64,000 nt of DNA from an uncultured Rhodospirillales bacterium. GTDB lineage: Bacteria > Pseudomonadota > Alphaproteobacteria > Rhodospirillales > UBA2165. The stretch covers positions 22,325-86,324 of the forward strand of contig CAJQSN010000015.1 of assembly GCA_905614355.1 (NCBI GenBank). The letters run 5' to 3'. The translations under genes were made by a program, and so were the position numbers. The notes under the pieces are model-generated. The model ran no database searches, had not been told where the DNA came from, and worked only from the letters and a program-made list of their open reading frames with translations. Positions 62,608 through 64,000 of the stretch are shown here, in pieces (position 1 is the first letter of the stretch; the number at the start of each line of letters is the position of its first letter).

Positions 62608-64000
62608 CTAGAGGTGGTCCTCAAAAACTTCCGGGTCCAATTTATTTGCTTTTTCCAACATTATTTCTGCCTCCTGGTCATCGCCTCGTTGGCTTAGAAA
62701 TCGTGCGCATAATCTATAGCTTACTGCGTCACCTGGATTAATCAAGATCGCTTGACGAAAGGTAAATAATGCATCTTCTGTCAGACCTATTTTTCCTAAC
62801 ACCAAACCTAATTTAAGGTAACCTGTTATTTTTTCAGGATCCAACATTATTCCATATCTATAAGATGCAATTGCTTGCTCAACTTTAGATTGAACCGCGA
62901 GAAGGTCAGCATAACAAAGTCGCGCATAACCATTTTCCGGTTCAGCTTTTAAAATAATACCAAAATGTTTATCGGCGACCGAAAAATTTTTAATCCACGT
63001 TTCATTAACAGCTACTCTCAATCGCAAAGTCGTATTCTCAGTGTCAAATTGAAGACAATGCCGCAACACCATGGCAGCCGAATTACATGTTTTGAACTTA
63101 TCAAGACGTTCACCAACTTTCAAAGCGGGTTCTCGATTGATAGCAAAAAAACCAATTGCTTCACCACTTTTTGTATGAGCGCCAGGGTTGTCAATAAACG
63201 CAACCATCATATCAAAATACTTTTGAATCACTTCATAATTATCATCTGCCCATACCCATCTCTGAAAAGAATTTTGAAAATGAGGCTGATCACCAATACC
63301 TACTCCAACGGTAGCTTGCAAACCTCTAGCTGTCGCATCATGCCAATTTTTCACCATGGGTTTAAAACTAAGGCACTTCACATTATGGTTAAGTGTGCAC
63401 AAAGCCAATGGTCCACCATTGGTCACTAAATTTAAATAGCATTCTTCGTAAAACGCCATTCTTAGTTCTATATTAAAGGCAATTTCATTAAACATTGTGA
63501 GGCCAACCAATTCCTCCGGAACCATTTCATTCGCTGCATAAGTATCTCTAATAACAACCGGTAGGTATTTCTCTGGATCCAATGAATGAGCGAATCTTGC
63601 CCACTCGGCAATATTACTATTTTTTTCATTGCCATAGCCTGCTTCGCGCAAAGTAATGCTAATTACATGGCGCCCATTTGCGCGGGCTTTTATCCAAGAA
63701 CGAGCCATATCCAAGGCCTGAGGGGTTGCTTTAAGGGATGACCAAGATTCACCGCACACGTGAACGGCCGTAATTTCAGACAATTGGAACCGTGGGATAG
63801 AATTCTTAACAGAACTCCCCTCAGGGAACACATTTAGACCAGCCATCAAAAAAAATTTTTCTGCCTCTGTTCGACTTCCACACACTGAGACGAGACCACC
63901 GCAAGAAGGCATCAAAGAACACCCAGGCACAATTATCTGCCTAATGCGCCAGTTAATATCAATCTCATCAAACCGATCAAGTAGAAAATTTTTTCTAATA
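62608..64000 (-). CDS. GT-B-like (heptosyltransferase-like) domain fused to C-terminal TPR repeats; 5' end outside the window
   Basis: The reading frame stays open to the window edge (..IRKNFLLDRFDEIDINWRIRQIIVPGCSLM..). The C-terminal ~120 aa form TPR-like helices (AIASYRYGIMLDP, ALFTFRQAILINP, EAEIMLEKANKLDP). Confidence 0.5.
   Translation of the reverse strand, partial: IRKNFLLDRFDEIDINWRIRQIIVPGCSLMPSCGGLVSVCGSRTEAEKFFLMAGLNVFPEGSSVKNSIPRFQLSEITAVHVCGESWSSLKATPQALDMARSWIKARANGRHVISITLREAGYGNEKNSNIAEWARFAHSLDPEKYLPVVIRDTYAANEMVPEELVGLTMFNEIAFNIELRMAFYEECYLNLVTNGGPLALCTLNHNVKCLSFKPMVKNWHDATARGLQATVGVGIGDQPHFQNSFQRWVWADDNYEVIQKYFDMMVAFIDNPGAHTKSGEAIGFFAINREPALKVGERLDKFKTCNSAAMVLRHCLQFDTENTTLRLRVAVNETWIKNFSVADKHFGIILKAEPENGYARLCYADLLAVQSKVEQAIASYRYGIMLDPEKITGYLKLGLVLGKIGLTEDALFTFRQAILINPGDAVSYRLCARFLSQRGDDQEAEIMLEKANKLDPEVFEDHL

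Noticed and set aside
1-64000. Prophage, integrative element, CRISPR-Cas, toxin-antitoxin or known defence-system content.
   Set aside because: I could recognise no integrase, transposase, recombinase, phage structural gene, Cas protein, spaced direct-repeat array or small paired TA-like ORFs. The only repeats seen are a short 11-bp tandem and isolated palindromes.

Overview
Densely coding 64 kb chromosomal segment. Its gene content resembles a marine heterotrophic proteobacterium, most like Alphaproteobacteria, but the taxon cannot be verified here. I recognised no rRNA, tRNA, CRISPR array, transposase or integrase. Blocks in order: (1) 1-7.4 kb: the end of sarcosine oxidase (soxA'-soxG); a minus-strand operon with an amino-acid-type ABC importer plus CMD/AhpD-like, 2OG-Fe(II) oxygenase and NicX/M29-like enzymes; a divergent binding protein; GST and creatininase-family genes. 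(2) 7.4-12.1 kb: liv-type ABC importer. (3) 12.3-21.5 kb: a xanthine-dehydrogenase-family Mo-hydroxylase whose large subunit is fused to a CoxG/SRPBCC domain, divergent from hyuA-hyuB-hydrolase. (4) 22.3-35.8 kb: a GntR-flanked aryl/acyl-CoA island. Its core is a translationally coupled iorA-iorB-hcrC-hcrA-hcrB-like operon, followed by a 48-bp perfect palindrome and gcdH. (5) 35.9-41.7 kb: an ABC-ATPase deletion relic, a PuuD-like amidotransferase, orphan genes, and an ASST-like/thioesterase/GT-like/MBL cluster. (6) nadA-nadC. (7) 43.8-50.3 kb: Fe(3+) fbp uptake locus with a Fur-box-like site. (8) 50.4-64 kb: a visibly more AT-rich glycan-biosynthesis island. It ends in a minus-strand operon with two radical-SAM enzymes, a stand-alone ThDP E1 alpha/beta pair and a domain-swapped HldE-like enzyme. 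This operon is my best candidate for an undescribed system, namely a pathway to a novel modified nucleotide sugar. The second candidate is the iorAB-hcrCAB module. All functional calls come from reading the translated ORFs for family motifs; no database search was possible.
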